Assembly (NCBI RefSeq): GCF_964204645.1
Contig: NW_027437432.1
Span: 62,001-126,000 of the forward strand
Reading direction: 5' to 3'
Origin: Tubulanus polymorphus
Lineage: Eukaryota > Animalia > Nemertea
Length of the DNA: 64,000 nucleotides
The translations under genes were made by a program, and so were the position numbers. Positions 23,169 to 37,322 of the stretch are shown piece after piece. Within the stretch, counting starts at the first letter, position 1; each line of letters begins with the position of its first letter. Under the pieces are notes generated by a model. That model was not told where the DNA came from. It searched no databases and saw nothing but the letters and a program-made list of their open reading frames with translations.

Positions 23169-25139
23169 CAGTAGCGGGCCGAATGATAGATAAATATGTT
23201 TTTATGATTTATCTAATGATATTTTTGAAGTACAACTAGGAATTCAGCGAAATACTGAAATAAAGAATCGGGTATTTAATAAGACGTAATATTCTGAAAA
23301 ATAGACAAAATATTTGGAGATCACATATCTTATGATTCTAAAGACACTATCATTCAAATCAGGGATATCAGGATCGTCCCAATTTGTCGATGAAAAAAAA
23401 AAACTACTGTTCTATGTCATGAAGTACGTTGTGTCATTGCTTATTCTCTTGTCAATTGCTTATTCTCTTGTCAGGGGCTGAACAAGATTTTGTACCAGAA
23501 GTGAACAATAAATATTGAATTCAGTGAAAAAGAATTGGTCGTGATGAATTCTATAATCGATTTCTAGCAAAGTCAACATTGACAATGTGTGGTCCATGAG
23601 GAGAGAGGATATTGCGAATTTTCAGTGTGATCTGAGTAACTTGTCTTGACCAAATCTCTTAATTTGACTGTCCCAACTTGCTGTCTGTATCAGGAAATCA
23701 GTAGGCTGAGGTGGATCTAAATATCTGATCTAACAAAGCACTAAGGAGTTCAGCAATTGTAAACTTTATTCAGATACTAAATATAGTCATTTTACAACAC
23801 TGTATTAAAACATCAATTCACTAAATACATCCCACGAACGGTAGTTATAGGAAGGATGTCCTCTGTTCCTTCAGAATGTTCTGTATTCAGTGACGGTCGC
23901 GGCAGAGCTCACCTCGCATTAGATTTCGATCCTTGTTAGTCGGTATTTCGAGTACCAGGTAAATTATCAGCGGATTTATCTGATACTTACAGCAATAAAT
24001 GTCTTTCCGTCCATTATAAAGGACAATTTTAATATCGCTCCAAGCAGATTCGAAGAGACGCCATCTTAACCAGGAAGTAACTTGCTACTTTACATGTTTG
24101 ACCTTATTTGACATGCATCGAAAATGTAAAATGGAGGATGGGCACAACCGGTCTCTGATTGAAGATAGAGACCGGTAACCAGTCTACGAGTTGTCTGAAT
24201 TCTGCAACCAGTTACACTATAACTGCAGCAGGGTTTAAACTCATTCGTATCGGGAAATAAAAACTGAACATTCAATAAACTGAAACTAATGATTTTGATG
24301 AAAAGCGTGGTTTCTATGAGAAGAAATTCAGGCGTTGAATATAATACAGAACTCTCCACAGAATAATCCAAACCTCGATACCAACACGTTAATTCCTGAC
24401 ATGCGCAAAGCGCGAATCTGGAACATTATGACGTGTGTGTGGTCATTGTGTCCATTGTGACCTGCACTGGTTTGATCCAGCGCAGGAAAATGGCGGCCTC
24501 CAAAATATATCACAACACACAAAAACCGTACAATTTCCCAAACATTACCAGCTTCCCTTAACACCCCACAATTCAATATCTCAATATACGGTAAGTGTTT
24601 ATCACATGGGTTAAAATGATGTAAATGTATTTCACCTCAGATATTGCGGGTAACCGATATTTGACCATGGGCCTCACACCTCGTAGTGCTAGAATTTCAT
24701 TCTGAAATGATTCTGCAAAATGTGAATTAGTTTTAGGGAATTCCGTGTAAATTCATTCTGTTTTTATTGTGTTTTATAAAGTATCAAATGTTCCGTTTTC
24801 ATTTGTAGATGTTTAAAACCATTTTATATAGAGTTGACACGAGAAACAGTGAAAACAGTGTAAGTTTTATTTCATTTTTTTAATGTGTTCTTCATCAGTT
24901 TCAGAATCAGATAATATTCATACTGTTTTTTCATTAGTTCCTCTTTTTATATTTCATGTTCAACTCTGCAGCGAAACCTAAACCTCAGATAGAAAAACCT
25001 CCTGAAGAAATCAACTATACATTGGAGTGAACAATTTGATTTGTAAGTTTGAATTTTAAATTTGATAATTCTGCAGTTATTTCTGAGGAAAGAAAACAAT
25101 CCTGGATTTGTCTATTTACAGGTAACACTTTACAATGGG

Positions 25140-25660
25140 AACTTGGATTCTGTCTGCACAGGACATCAGGAATCACTGTTTTACAATCAGACTTGCTTGG
25201 ATTCAGTACATGACATCAGGAATCACTGTTTTACAATCAGACTTGCTTGGATTCAGTACATGACATCAGGAATCACTGTTTTACAATCAGACTTGCTTGG
25301 ATTCAGTACATGACATCAGGAATCACTGTTTTACAATCAGAATTGCTTGGATTCAGTACATGACATCAGGAATCACTGTTTTACAATCAGAATTGCTTGG
25401 ATTCAGTACATGACATCAGGAATCACTGTTTTACAATCAGACTTGCTTGGATTCAGCACAGGACATCAGGAATCACTGTTTTACAATCAGAATTGCTTGG
25501 ATTCAGTACATGACATCAGGAATCACTGTTTTACAATCAGAATTGCTTGAATTCTGCACAGGACAACAAGAATCACTGTTTTACAATCATACTTTCTTGG
25601 ATTTAGCTCAAGACATCAAGAATCACTTGCTTACATTCTGCACAGGACACCAGGAATCAC
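25140..25660. repeat. 50-bp minisatellite
   Basis: Unit ATTCAGTACATGACATCAGGAATCACTGTTTTACAATCAGACTTGCTTGG. Confidence 0.95.
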
Positions 25661-26019
25661 TAAATGGAAATTCAAGATAAGTTACATTTACATTTATTCA
25701 TCAGTTGTTGATTAATTTGATTGAAGGAACCAGTTTTATAGTGTTAAATCATGTTTTGAAACGGAATCACAGAAACCTGTTGTATTTATATATTTGTTCA
25801 ATCCATTCAAATTATCCCCACCGATATTGGTGTATATTTAGTAAGGATTCGTTCATGTTGGGTTAGTTTTGTTAAACCGGGTTTCGTTAAACCGGGTTTC
25901 CTACTGCGATCAACTCAAATGTTATTTCTAATCAATATGAAACTGGTTCCTGATGTCAATAATACAACTGTTATCAATTATGTTCCTTCGTGATAATCAG
26001 ATCATGTGTATCTTGAGAG

Positions 26020-29000
26020 TTAGAATTTCTGTAGATTAAACTGCTGTACTTATTTCATACTGATTGTACAGTTACAGATACATGTAACATTGTGTACAGA
26101 TACAGAGATACAGATCACTGCATTACTTCATCCTGTGATTGAACAGTGATTTAATGTTCTCTCATCTTCATTAGATTCCCATCCGTCTAACTAAAACATC
26201 AGAACATTTTAACTCATCTAACCGCGGGGTTCGGGGAGGGTGGGTAGGGTTGGTGGGAGGGATGAGGTGAGGGAGGGCGGGAGGGAAGGGGTCCGGGAGG
26301 GGGAGGGAAGGGGTCTGGGAGGGGGAGGGAAGGGGTCCGGGAGGGGGAGGGACAGTGTGAGGGAGGGTGGGGCTGTGGTAGGGCTGGGAGGGATGGGAGT
26401 CTGGGTAGTTATTTTTGGTGTTTAACCACAGAATATTTCATATGTCTTTATATTATATTCTAATAGATAAACATATAGGATTAATCAGTATAAGTCGATT
26501 ACCAGAACCGGACTTTCATAACTCTGCGATTTTTAGGGCCATTATTCAAGTTGGCCATGAATGAGTTATTTATTGATTTGAGCAGAATCTTCATTCGCCT
26601 CCAGCAGTACGGGGCACAGATACGTTTCACTATTTATAGATAGATATCATTAATCAGTAATTACCTAAGTGTTTTTGAAAAGACATTTTCTGAAATAAAC
26701 TGTATAATTTATAGGTGAAACAATGATGACACGGATTGGAGATTTATATATCGTTCTATGACATTCAGGATTCTATTAACTATTTACGGTTTATTCGTTT
26801 TCATACAGAATCAGGATGCCAGCTAATTATTACACTTATACAGTTTAAAGGAATCTTTCATTTTTATTCAAGTCATAGAGTGAAAAGTTAACACGCATAG
26901 AATAGATTTATTGAACACAGATCTGTAGTTTCAGTTTTCGACCCTTTCACTCGTTTGAGATCGAGTTGTTTGAGAGTTGTTTGAGAATAGTTTGAGAGTT
27001 GTTTGAGAGTAGTTTGAGAGTAGTTTGGTGTAAGAGCTGCCGTTTTAATCAAACGCATATCGTAGTTACGGATTAGGATTATTTCTGTGTTTGGAAATCC
27101 TCGATTATCAAAAGAATCTTGACGATATTTACTCATGGGAAACTCGTGAACTCCATTTCAAGGAAATGTAATTTCTTATCACATATTTGTTAACAGCACA
27201 AATTGTAGATTTATTTCTCTTAGTTACAGTTATTTTATTTTGCCATTTTTTACGATCATATCAGTTTATAAATGTTGCAGTTATCACTGTTTCACATGGA
27301 CTTTTATCAGTGTCATGCGAGACTAATTAATAGTGATTAATTATTTCTGAATTTTACACAGATTTTGATGAACTCATTCACTGTATAATCATTGACTTTA
27401 TACACGTGATTAAAACATGCAGCGCTCAATATCATGTTATGTGTGCTATGCTGATATAATCTCTTTGGTGCCGAATCAAATTGACCGAACCAGAGCCATC
27501 GACCAAACTCTGCCTCTAGGTCTTTAGCTCAACCCTTGATTCCCTCACTAAACTATGGACCGAATTTTGACTCTTTGGTCCCCAAACCAGGGCCATGGAC
27601 CAAACTTTGATTCCTTGGTCCCCGAACCAGGGCCATGAACCAAACTTTTACTCTTTGGTCCCGAACCAGAGCAATGGACCAAACTTTGACTCGTTGGTCC
27701 CCGAACCAGAGCCATGGACCAAATTTTGACTCTTTGGTCCCCAAACCAGGGCTATGGACCAAACTTTGAGTCGTTGGTCCCCGACCAGAGCCATGGACCA
27801 AATTTTGACTCTTTGGTCCCCAAACCAGGGCTATGGACCAAACTTTGATTCGTTGGTCCCCGCACCAGAGCCATGGACCAAATTTTGACTCTTTGGTCCC
27901 TAAACCAGGGCTATGGACCAAACTTTGACTCGTTGGTCCCCGAACCAGAGCCATGGACCAAATTTTGACTCTTTGGTCCCCAAACCAGGGCTATGGACCA
28001 AACTTTGATTCGTTGGTCCCCGCACCAGAGCCATGGACCAAATTTTGACTCTTTGGTCCCCAAACCAGGGCTATGGACCAAACTTTGACTCATTGGTCCC
28101 CGCACCAGAGCCATGGACCAAACTTTGACTTTTTGGTCCCCAAACCATGGCCATGAATGAAAAAATCTATTTCTGTTGTCTTCACGAATCTATTTTGAGA
28201 ATAAAATGATTTCTGTGTCGGACTAATGAGAGTGTAAACTGTAGACAATGTTGTATATTAGTGTTGCAACTCTGCCGCTGCCGCTGCCTCTGCCGCTGCC
28301 GCTGTCGCTGCTGCTGCTACTACTGGTTTTATCAGCAACTCCTCTCTGAATCAACATATCTTACTGTCACTGACTACTGTTACACTTGATCCCAGTCGGA
28401 ACTGACAAGTGTCGGTGAGAGGCCAATAAGAGGAAAATAAAAGCCATGCGAAAAGAAAAGTATGAAGCGAACGTGTGAGCTTTTATAGCCACAAAATAAA
28501 ACAGCATAAAATGCTGATATAAAGAGTGGGGTCCGAGAGCAATTCGAAGGTTTAGTGTCCTGCACGCTTAGAGGGCGGGCAGGGGTCTATTCCTACCTCG
28601 ACTCAAAAACTCAAAAACAATGAGAAACGTTCGTAAAAGATAAGAATAGAAAGTAAAAATGGAAAAATGGCAAATGACTGAATTAATGGCCGGAGTTTTA
28701 TATTGTTCCACTGGGTTTAAGTGTATCTTGAAATGACAATCAAATTCAGATTGTTTTTGGTTATTGATAATTGATAAATCTGAATGAATATAATTATGTA
28801 AAACAACTTGCTGTATTATAAACCTCTAGTAGACAGTATTGAAATGTCTATCAACTGTCATTAGTCCACAATAGTTTCATAATGAGAGTGATTGGTTGAA
28901 TTCGTGAAGCAACATAAATAGCCTCTAGATGAATCAGTCATCATTGTCCTGCTTGATTTCAGTTCCGCACTCCTCACAACATTGTCAGTTCGGAGTTTGG

Positions 29001-29726
29001 TGAACCTTTGAACTTCCCTCCCTTGCAACATTGATGTTGAGTTGCTCAGGTTTGGTTTGAGAATTTGCAGATGAAACCTCTACATGTTAAACTCGCTCCA
29101 TTTGATAATCTGATTTCGATTTGTTTATAAAATTGATGTGATCGTAAAAAATGGCAAATTGTTTTCGAGTTATTGTAGAGTTGAGCGGTATCAGAGGAAT
29201 AGACAGAGTTGAGGGGCACTGAGGGAGGTCCAGGTGGGGGGCATTGAGGGAGGGAGGGATGGGGTGCGGGAGGGGGAGGGAAGGGGTCCGGGAGGGCGGG
29301 AGGGAAGGGGTCCGGGAGGGCGGGAGGGAAGGGGTTTGGGAGGAGGGCGGGAGGGAAGGGATCGGGAGGGGAAGGGGTGGGGTGCGGGAGGGCGGGAGGG
29401 AAGGGGTCCGGGAGGGTGGGAGGGAAGGGGTTTGGGAGGGCGGGAGGGAAGGGGTTTGGGAGGGCGGGAGGGAAGGGGTTTGGGAGGGCGGGAGGGATGG
29501 GGTCCGGGAGGGTCGGGTCGGGAGGTTAGATGAGTTAAAATGTTCTGATGTTTTAGTTAGATGGATGGGAATCTAATGAAGATGAGAGAACATTAAATCA
29601 CTGTTCAATCACAGGATGAAGTAATGCAGTGATCTGTACTCTGTATCTGTACACAATGTTACATGTATCTGTAACTGTACAATCAGTATGAAATAAGTAC
29701 AGCAGTTTAATCCACAGAAATTCTAA
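26020..29726. repeat. Pair of ~204-bp near-identical inverted repeats (26020-26223 and 29524-29726) enclosing 3.3 kb
   Basis: Direct reverse-complement match with few mismatches. Each arm abuts a G-rich GGGAGGGA tract on its inner side. No TSD was seen. Confidence 0.9.
27485..28156. repeat. ~41-bp minisatellite with alternating dimer (~82 bp) structure and internal GGACCAAA/TTGGTCC hairpin
   Basis: Tandem units visible directly. Confidence 0.9.
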
Positions 29727-30529
29727 TTGTAAATTTCTCTACTGAATTCTCTGTTTATGTTTTGAACAAAAACTAATGTTCTATATTCATTTCAGGATGA
29801 GATTCTAAGAATTCTGCGCCTCTTGATCAAAAACGCTTTATATTTGAGGAAAATGGTGAGTCTTTGATGAAACTGCTCTTATTCTATTACAACTTATGCA
29901 TGTATCCTTCTATATACAAATTCTGTATTTTAGGGGTCGAAATGAAGCTGAACCTGAACAAATCTACAATTTACAGTAAATATTGCGCTCTCAGAATCAA
30001 ACAAGTCAGAAGTGGTGAGTTTTATATCGATTTATTGCAGTAATTGGTGGTGATTTATCACTTATAAACAATTTATTATTTTTGTCCGGTTTCTATGGAT
30101 TTATCTCCAATTCAAGTCAGGATGATGGTAGATTTCTGAAGGGTGAATAAGTCGACAGTTTAAAGCTACAATCAGATACCTCAGAAATCTGCATCACTCA
30201 ACACATTGTGATAAACTACTCATTAACCCGGTAGGTTTTCTGTCAATTGAACACAAACAAGCTGCAGTTTTTATTTATTTCACTAATCATTTTCTGGCAT
30301 AATTTTCTCTTTTCAGAATACGATGCATGAAACACAAATTGCAGCATTAGAAATTGAAATATTCACCTTCAAATAGTGAAGAAACTCTAGTTGTTGCTGA
30401 AACTGCTGCTGTTATTTCTTCAAAACAAACTAAAGTAATTTTCTCAACATAATTCAACCTAAAGTTCTCGCTTGTTATAAAACTTCACGGTTCAATTATT
30501 TACATATTCATTTTTTCAGGAAATCATCA

Positions 30530-30530
30530 G

Positions 30531-30585
<55 letters not shown>

Positions 30586-30686
30586 GCTGCCGCTGCCGCT
30601 GCCGCTGCCGCTGCCGCTGCCGCTGCCGCTGCCGCTGCCGCTGCCGCTGCCGCCGCCGCCGCTGCTGCTGCTGCTGCTGCTGCTGC
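30530..30686. repeat. (GCT)n/(GCCGCT)n microsatellite
   Basis: Visible directly. Confidence 0.95.
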
Positions 30687-31594
30687 CCCAATCAAATCTA
30701 CCGGAAAATACTGTGGACAATAAACTACTACAATAGTCAAAACAAGTAAGAAAAATAATAATTTTCAGACTAACAGACACAAACACGTGACGTCTCTTTA
30801 TTTCAGTAATCAGTTCTCTCTTTACAGAATGAAATTCACACAGCACCAGAATTTACAGCTCAAAAAACCTCGTTCTTCAAAGTTCACCTCAAACATATCG
30901 CTGGATCCTCCTCACACGCAGCCTCACAATTCCGCAAACAAGTGAAACGAAAGCTGTGAGTTTTAATCTAAATTGGCTCTTATTTCATAACAATTTTACT
31001 GACAATTTGTAACATTGATACATTTGTTTTTAGGAGGCAAAATAAGCGGAACTTTTGACAGAATCTGTGAACAGTAAACATCGCCAACTCACTGAACAAT
31101 TGTAAATGATGGACATCGATTTAGATCCTCAAACAAATACCGGTAAATATCTCTACAGACTCCAGTCTTGCTTCTGTTTGGTATTAAGTCATTTCCTGAC
31201 AGATTTTATTTTATGATCATCCAGTTCCACTCAGAATGAACTAAATCTGAGCTGAGACAGTGGTGAATTTGAAATCATCCTCCAGAATTAAACACCATGG
31301 AATTACAATTAAGGTGAATATTCAATCATTTCTATCCTGGTCACAGTTAAGATTATCAGGCAAAAATTATGCAGCATTTGTATTTTAGGGGTCGAAATGA
31401 AGCTGAACCCGAACAAATCTGCAAACAGTCAACAAAAATTCTACAGTAAAGGTGAATATTCAATCACTTATTCTGGTGAAAGTAGAAATTATCAAAGTTG
31501 TCATGATTTTCATATATTCATATTTTCAAGATGCACCTTTCTTATTTCATGAAAACAATTGCCATTCTTTATTCTAGAACGAAGTGGGTACTGC

Positions 31595-34500
31595 CATCTG
31601 ACCATCACAGAGCGTCCGACCACCATCTGACCATCACAGAGCGTCCGATCACCATCTGACCATCACAGGGCCTCCGATCACCATCTGACCATCACAGAGC
31701 GTCCGACCACCATCTGACCATCACAGAGCCTCCGACCACCATCTGACCATCACAGAGCGTCCGACCACCATCTGACCATCACAGAGCCTCCGATCACCAT
31801 CTGACCATCACAGAGCGTCCGACCACCATCTGACCATCACAGAGCCTCCGACCACCATCTGACCATCACAGAGCGTCCGACCACCATCTGACCATCACAG
31901 GGCCTCCGATCACCATCTGACCATCACAGAGCCTCCGATCACCATCTGACCATCACAGAGCGTCCGACCACCATCTGACCATCACAGGGCCTCCGATCAC
32001 CATCTGACCATCACAGAGCGTCCGATCACCATCTGACCATCACAGAGCGTCCGATCACCATCTGACCATCACAGAGCGTCCGACCACCATCTGACCATCA
32101 CAGAGCGTCCGACCACCATCTGACCATCACAGAGCGTCCGACCACCATCTGACCATCACAGAGCCTCCGATCACCATCTGACCATCACAGAGCGTCCGAC
32201 CACCATCTGACCATCACAGAGCCTCCGATCACCATCTGACCATCACAGAGCGTCCGATCACCATCTGACCATCACAGAGCGTCCGACCACCATCTGACCA
32301 TCACAGAGCGTCCGACCACCATCTGACCATCACAGGGCCTCCGATCACCATCTGACCATCACAGAGCCTCCGATCACCATCTGACCATCACAGAGCGTCC
32401 GACCACCATCTGACCATCACAGGGCCTCCGATCACCATCTGACCATCACAGAGCGTCCGATCACCATCTGACCATCACAGAGCGTCCGACCGCCATCTGA
32501 CCATCACAGAGCGTCCGACCACCATCTGACCATCACAGAGCGTCCGATCACCATCTGACCATCACAGAGCGTCCGACCACCATCTGACCATCACAGAGCG
32601 TCCGACCACCATCTGACCATCACAGGGCCTCCGATCACCATCTGACCATCACAGAGCCTCCGATCACCATCTGACCATCACAGAGCGTCCGACCACCATC
32701 TGACCATCACAGAGCGTCCGACCACCATCTGACCATCACAGAGCCTCCGACCACCATCTGACCATCACAGAGCCTCCGATCACCATCTGACCATCACAGA
32801 GCGTCCGACCACCATCTGACCATCACAGGGCCTCCGATCACCATCTGACCATCACAGAGCCTCCGATCACCATCTGACCATCACAGGGCCTCCGATCACC
32901 ATCTGACCATCACAGAGCCTCTGATCACCATCTGACCATCACAGAGCCTCCGATCACCATCTGACCATCACAGAGCCTCCGATCACCATCTGACCATCAC
33001 AGAGCCTCCGATCACCATCTGACCATCACAGGGCCTCCGATCACCATCTGATCATCACAGAGCGTCCGACCACCATCTGACCATCACAGAGCGTCCGACC
33101 ACCATCTGACCATCACAGGGCCTCCGATCACCATCTGACCATCACAGAGCGTCCGACCACCATCTGACCATCACAGAGCGTCCGACCACCATCTGACCAT
33201 CACAGGGCCTCCGATCACCATCTGACCATCACAGAGCGTCCGACCACCATCTGACCATCACAGAGCGTCCGACCACCATCTGACCATCACAGGGCCTCCG
33301 ATCACCATCTGACCATCACAGAGCCTCCGATCACCATCTGACCATCACAGGGCCTCCGATCACCATCTGACCATCACAGAGCGTCCGACCACCATCTGAC
33401 CATCACAGAGCGTCCGACCACCATCTGACCATCACAGGGCCTCCGATCACCATCTGACCATCACAGAGCCTCCGACCACCATCTGACCATCACAGAGCGT
33501 CCGACCACCATCTGACCATCACAGAGCCTCCGACCACCATCTGACCATCACAGAGCCTCCGATCACCATCTGACCATCACAGAGCGTCCGACCACCATCT
33601 GACCATCACAGGGCCTCCGATCACCATCTGACCATCACAGAGCCTCCGATCACCATCTGACCATCACAGGGCCTCCGATCACCATCTGACCATCACAGAG
33701 CCTCCGATCACCATCTGACCATCACAGAGCCTCCGATCACCATCTGACCATCACAGAGCCTCCGATCACCATCTGACCATCACAGAGCCTCCGATCACCA
33801 TCTGACCATCACAGGGCCTCCGATCACCATCTGATCATCACAGAGCGTCCGACCACCATCTGACCATCACAGAGCGTCCGACCACCATCTGACCATCACA
33901 GGGCCTCCGATCACCATCTGACCATCACAGAGCGTCCGACCACCATCTGACCATCACAGAGCGTCCGACCACCATCTGACCATCACAGGGCCTCCGATCA
34001 CCATCTGACCATCACAGAGCGTCCGACCACCATCTGACCATCACAGAGCGTCCGACCACCATCTGACCATCACAGAGCGTCCGACCACCATCTGACCATC
34101 ACAGGGCCTCCGATCACCATCTGACCATCACAGAGCGTCCGACCACCATCTGACCATCACAGAGCGTCCGACCACCATCTGACCATCACAGGGCCTCCGA
34201 TCACCATCTGACCATCACAGAGCCTCCGATCACCATCTGACCATCACAGGGCCTCCGATCACCATCTGACCATCACAGGGCCTCCGATCACCATCTGACC
34301 ATCACAGGGCCTCCGATCACCATCTGATCATCACAGAGCCTCCGATCACCATCTGACCATCACAGAGCCTCCGATCACCATCTGACCATCACAGAGCCTC
34401 CGATCACCATCTGACCATCACAGGGCCTCCGATCACCATCTGACCATCACAGGGCCTCCGATCACCATCTGATCATCACAGAGCCTCCGATCACCATCTG

Positions 34501-34878
34501 ACCATCACAGAGCCTCCGATCACCATCTGACCATCACAGAGCGTCCGACCACCATCTGACCATCACAGGGCCTCCGATCACCATCTGACCATCACAGAGC
34601 CTCCGATCACCATCTGACCATCACAGAGCCTCCGATCACCATCTGACCATCACAGGGCCTCCGATCACCATCTGACCATCACAGGGCCTCCGATCACCAT
34701 CTGACCATCACAGGGCCTCCGATCACCATCTGATCATCAGAGAGCCTCCGATCACCATCTGACCATCACAGAGCCTCCGATCACCATCTGACCATCACAG
34801 AGCCTCCGATCACCATCTGACCATCACAGAGCCTCCGATCACCATCTGACCATCACAGAGCCTCCGATCACCATCTGA
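31595..34878. repeat. 29-bp satellite, ~3.3 kb
   Basis: Unit CACCATCTGACCATCACAG(A/G)GC(G/C)TCCGA(C/T). Confidence 0.97.
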
Positions 34879-34942
34879 TTGAATTGCTGCCGCTGATTCA
34901 GAGATCAGCTATGATTACCGATTATCAAGGAATTGTGTTTAA

Positions 34943-35401
34943 TTTTACCGGCCGGTACGGGTATAAACTACAGGCTACTGTTGTTCTGTTTGTGATGGTT
35001 TTACCGGCCGGTACGGGTATAGGCTACAGGCCGCTGTTGTTCTGTTTGTGATGGTTTTACCGGCCGGTACTGGTATAAACTACAGGCTGCTGTTGTTCTG
35101 TTTGTGATGGTTTTACCGGCCGGTACGGGTATAAACTACAGGCTGCTCTTGTTCTGTTTGTGATGGTTTTACCGGCCGGTACGGGTATAAACTACAGGCT
35201 GCTGTTGTTCTGTTTGTGATGGTTTTACCGGCCGGTACGGGTATAGGCTACAGGCTACTGTTGTTCTGTTTGTGATGGTTTTACCGGCCGGTACGGGTAT
35301 AAACTACAGGCTGCTGTTGTTCTGTTTGTGATGGTTTTACCGGCCGGTACGGGTATAAACTACAGGCTGCTGTTGTTCTGTTTGTGATGGTTTTACCGGC
35401 C
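34943..35401. repeat. 56-bp minisatellite, ~8 copies
   Basis: Unit TTTTACCGGCCGGTACGGGTATAAACTACAGGCTGCTGTTGTTCTGTTTGTGATGG. Confidence 0.95.
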
Positions 35402-36227
35402 ATCATTGATCAACAATCATTATCAAAATACGTAAATGAATGAATAACTAGAACAAAACGCACAAAATAACAAAATCTCTCAACGTTAGCACAAAATAAC
35501 CAACTCTTTCTCTCTTTCTCAATTAACTTGTTCTCCCTCTTTATTTTCCCAGTGTTCTAGTTATTTTTTCGACGCCTGATGATGATCTGTAGAGATTCTC
35601 CAAAACGTCGTGTATTTTGATTTAATTCTTTTAATCTAAAGTGGGTTTTAATCTTATTGATTTCTCATGAAAATCGAAATTGAAAATTGATTATCCGCTT
35701 ACTGAGATTGATCAAGAACATACAGATACACGAGTTTGTATTTTCAACCCCAGAATTTGTGTATGCATGTATAAACTTGTATAATATCAATGATGCGTCG
35801 AGTCCCACAATCAAAAACCAAAAACATGAAATATCGACGGTTTTTTATTATGGGATTTTATTTTGTATGACATGTAAAGAACCCGGTTCTACTGTTCTAT
35901 GTATGTATAAACTTGTATATTATTGTAAATTGACTTATTTTTAATGATGCGTCAAGTCCCACAATCAAAAACCAAAAAGTTGAAATTATTTCAACTGAGA
36001 ATTTTTTATTATGGGACTTTATTCTGTATTGAATTGTTTTTTTGTTTTATTTGAAATAAATATCTATTTTTCTGTGTTGTTCTAGTTATGATTACAGACG
36101 CCAGCAGTTTCACAGACTCTGCTGCGTCACATCCAACCCGTTCAGTTTTACACTCACATAATTCAACGTGTTTTCTATTGAAGAAAAAAGTTGAAATTTG
36201 ATTAATTAAATGTTTGTGAAACTGATT

Positions 36228-36350
36228 CAGGGACCAGTTGCACAGTCCTCACTTAAGAACTGTCTTAAGATTTATTTAAGATTGGTTATAGAACCAAGAC
36301 CTAGTCTTAGGCTGGTCTTAACCTTATAACGCCATGCAACTCGTCCCAGG
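36228..36350. mobile_element. Short (110-145 bp) MITE family B, Harbinger-like; further copies at ~36729-36840, 43652-43783, 49540-49685, 51369-51500
   Basis: Termini of the form GG(A/G)CCAGTT(G/C)CA...TG(C/G)AACTGG(G/T)CC, often flanked by CAG/CTG, with internal TTAAG-rich sub-repeats. The superfamily assignment is an inference. Confidence 0.65.
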
Positions 36351-36477
36351 GATTAAATACTGTAAGTCTATGAAACTGCAGCATCTGAAACTGATTGAAA
36401 CCCTCGCATCATAAACCGAATCCTACCCAGGGTTCAGCGCACAAATGATTGACTTTGTAAAAACTCTCCCGCACCCG

Positions 36478-36725
36478 TTCTTGCCCTGGTATGCGAGGGT
36501 TTTAATGATTCTTGCCCTGGTATGCGAGGGTTTTAATGATTCTTGCCCTGGTATGCGAGGGTTTTAATGATTCTTGCCCTGGTATGCGAGGGTTTTAATG
36601 ATTCTTGCCCTGGTATGCGAGGGTTTTAATGATTCTTGCCCTGGTATGCGAGGGTTTTAATGATTCTTGCCCTGGTATGCGAGGGTTTTAATCATTCTTG
36701 CCCTGCGGAATGCGAGGGTTAATAA
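36478..36725. repeat. 31-bp minisatellite
   Basis: Unit TTCTTGCCCTGGTATGCGAGGGTTTTAATGA. Confidence 0.95.
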
Positions 36726-36837
36726 TCTGAGTCCAGTTCCACAGTTCTGAGTTAAGATTTAACTCTGAGTTAACTAATTGAAAATGAACTAACTTTAACT
36801 CAGAGTTAACACTAACTCACAACTATGGAACTGGGTC

Positions 36838-37322
36838 CTGTTTAATAAACGTAGTAACCCTAGTGTTGGCCTGGTTAATAAACGCAGAAACCCTAGTGTT
36901 GGCCTGGTGAATAAACGCAGTAACCCTAGTGTTGGCCTGGTTAATAAACGCAGAAATCCTAGTGTTGGCCTGTTTAATAAACGCAGTAACCCTAGTGTTG
37001 GCCTAGTGATAAACGCAGTAATCCTAGTGTTGGCCTGTTTAATAAACGCAGTAACCCTAGTGTTGGCCTAGTGATAAACGCAGTTATCCTAGTGTTGGCC
37101 TGGTGAATAAACGCAGAAACCCTAGTGTTGGCCTGGTGAATAAACGCAGAAACCCTAGTGTTGGCCTGTTTAATAAACGCAGTTATCCTAGTGTTGGCCT
37201 GTTTAATAAACGTAGAAATCCTAGTGTTGGCCTGTTTAATAAACGTAGAAACCCTAGTGTTGGCCTAGTGATAAACGCAGTAACCCTAGTATTGGCCTAA
37301 TGAATGGATGCAGTCACCCTAG
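36838..37322. repeat. 33-bp minisatellite
   Basis: Unit TAATAAACGCAGTAACCCTAGTGTTGGCCTGTT. Confidence 0.95.

Larger units (their letters stand above)
24480..34950 (+). ncRNA. Putative spliced non-coding or decayed (pseudo)gene with more than 10 small exons
   Basis: Regularly alternating pyrimidine-tract-AG and GTRAG signals with ~70-100 nt spacing at 24.6-25.1 kb and 29.8-31.6 kb. YY1-like AAAATGGCGG at ~24487. The joined exons contain stops in the frames tried. Confidence 0.45.

Noticed and set aside
23541-23636. GTGATGA...CTGA, a possible C/D snoRNA
   Set aside because: It has no terminal stem, no recognisable guide and no evident host intron.
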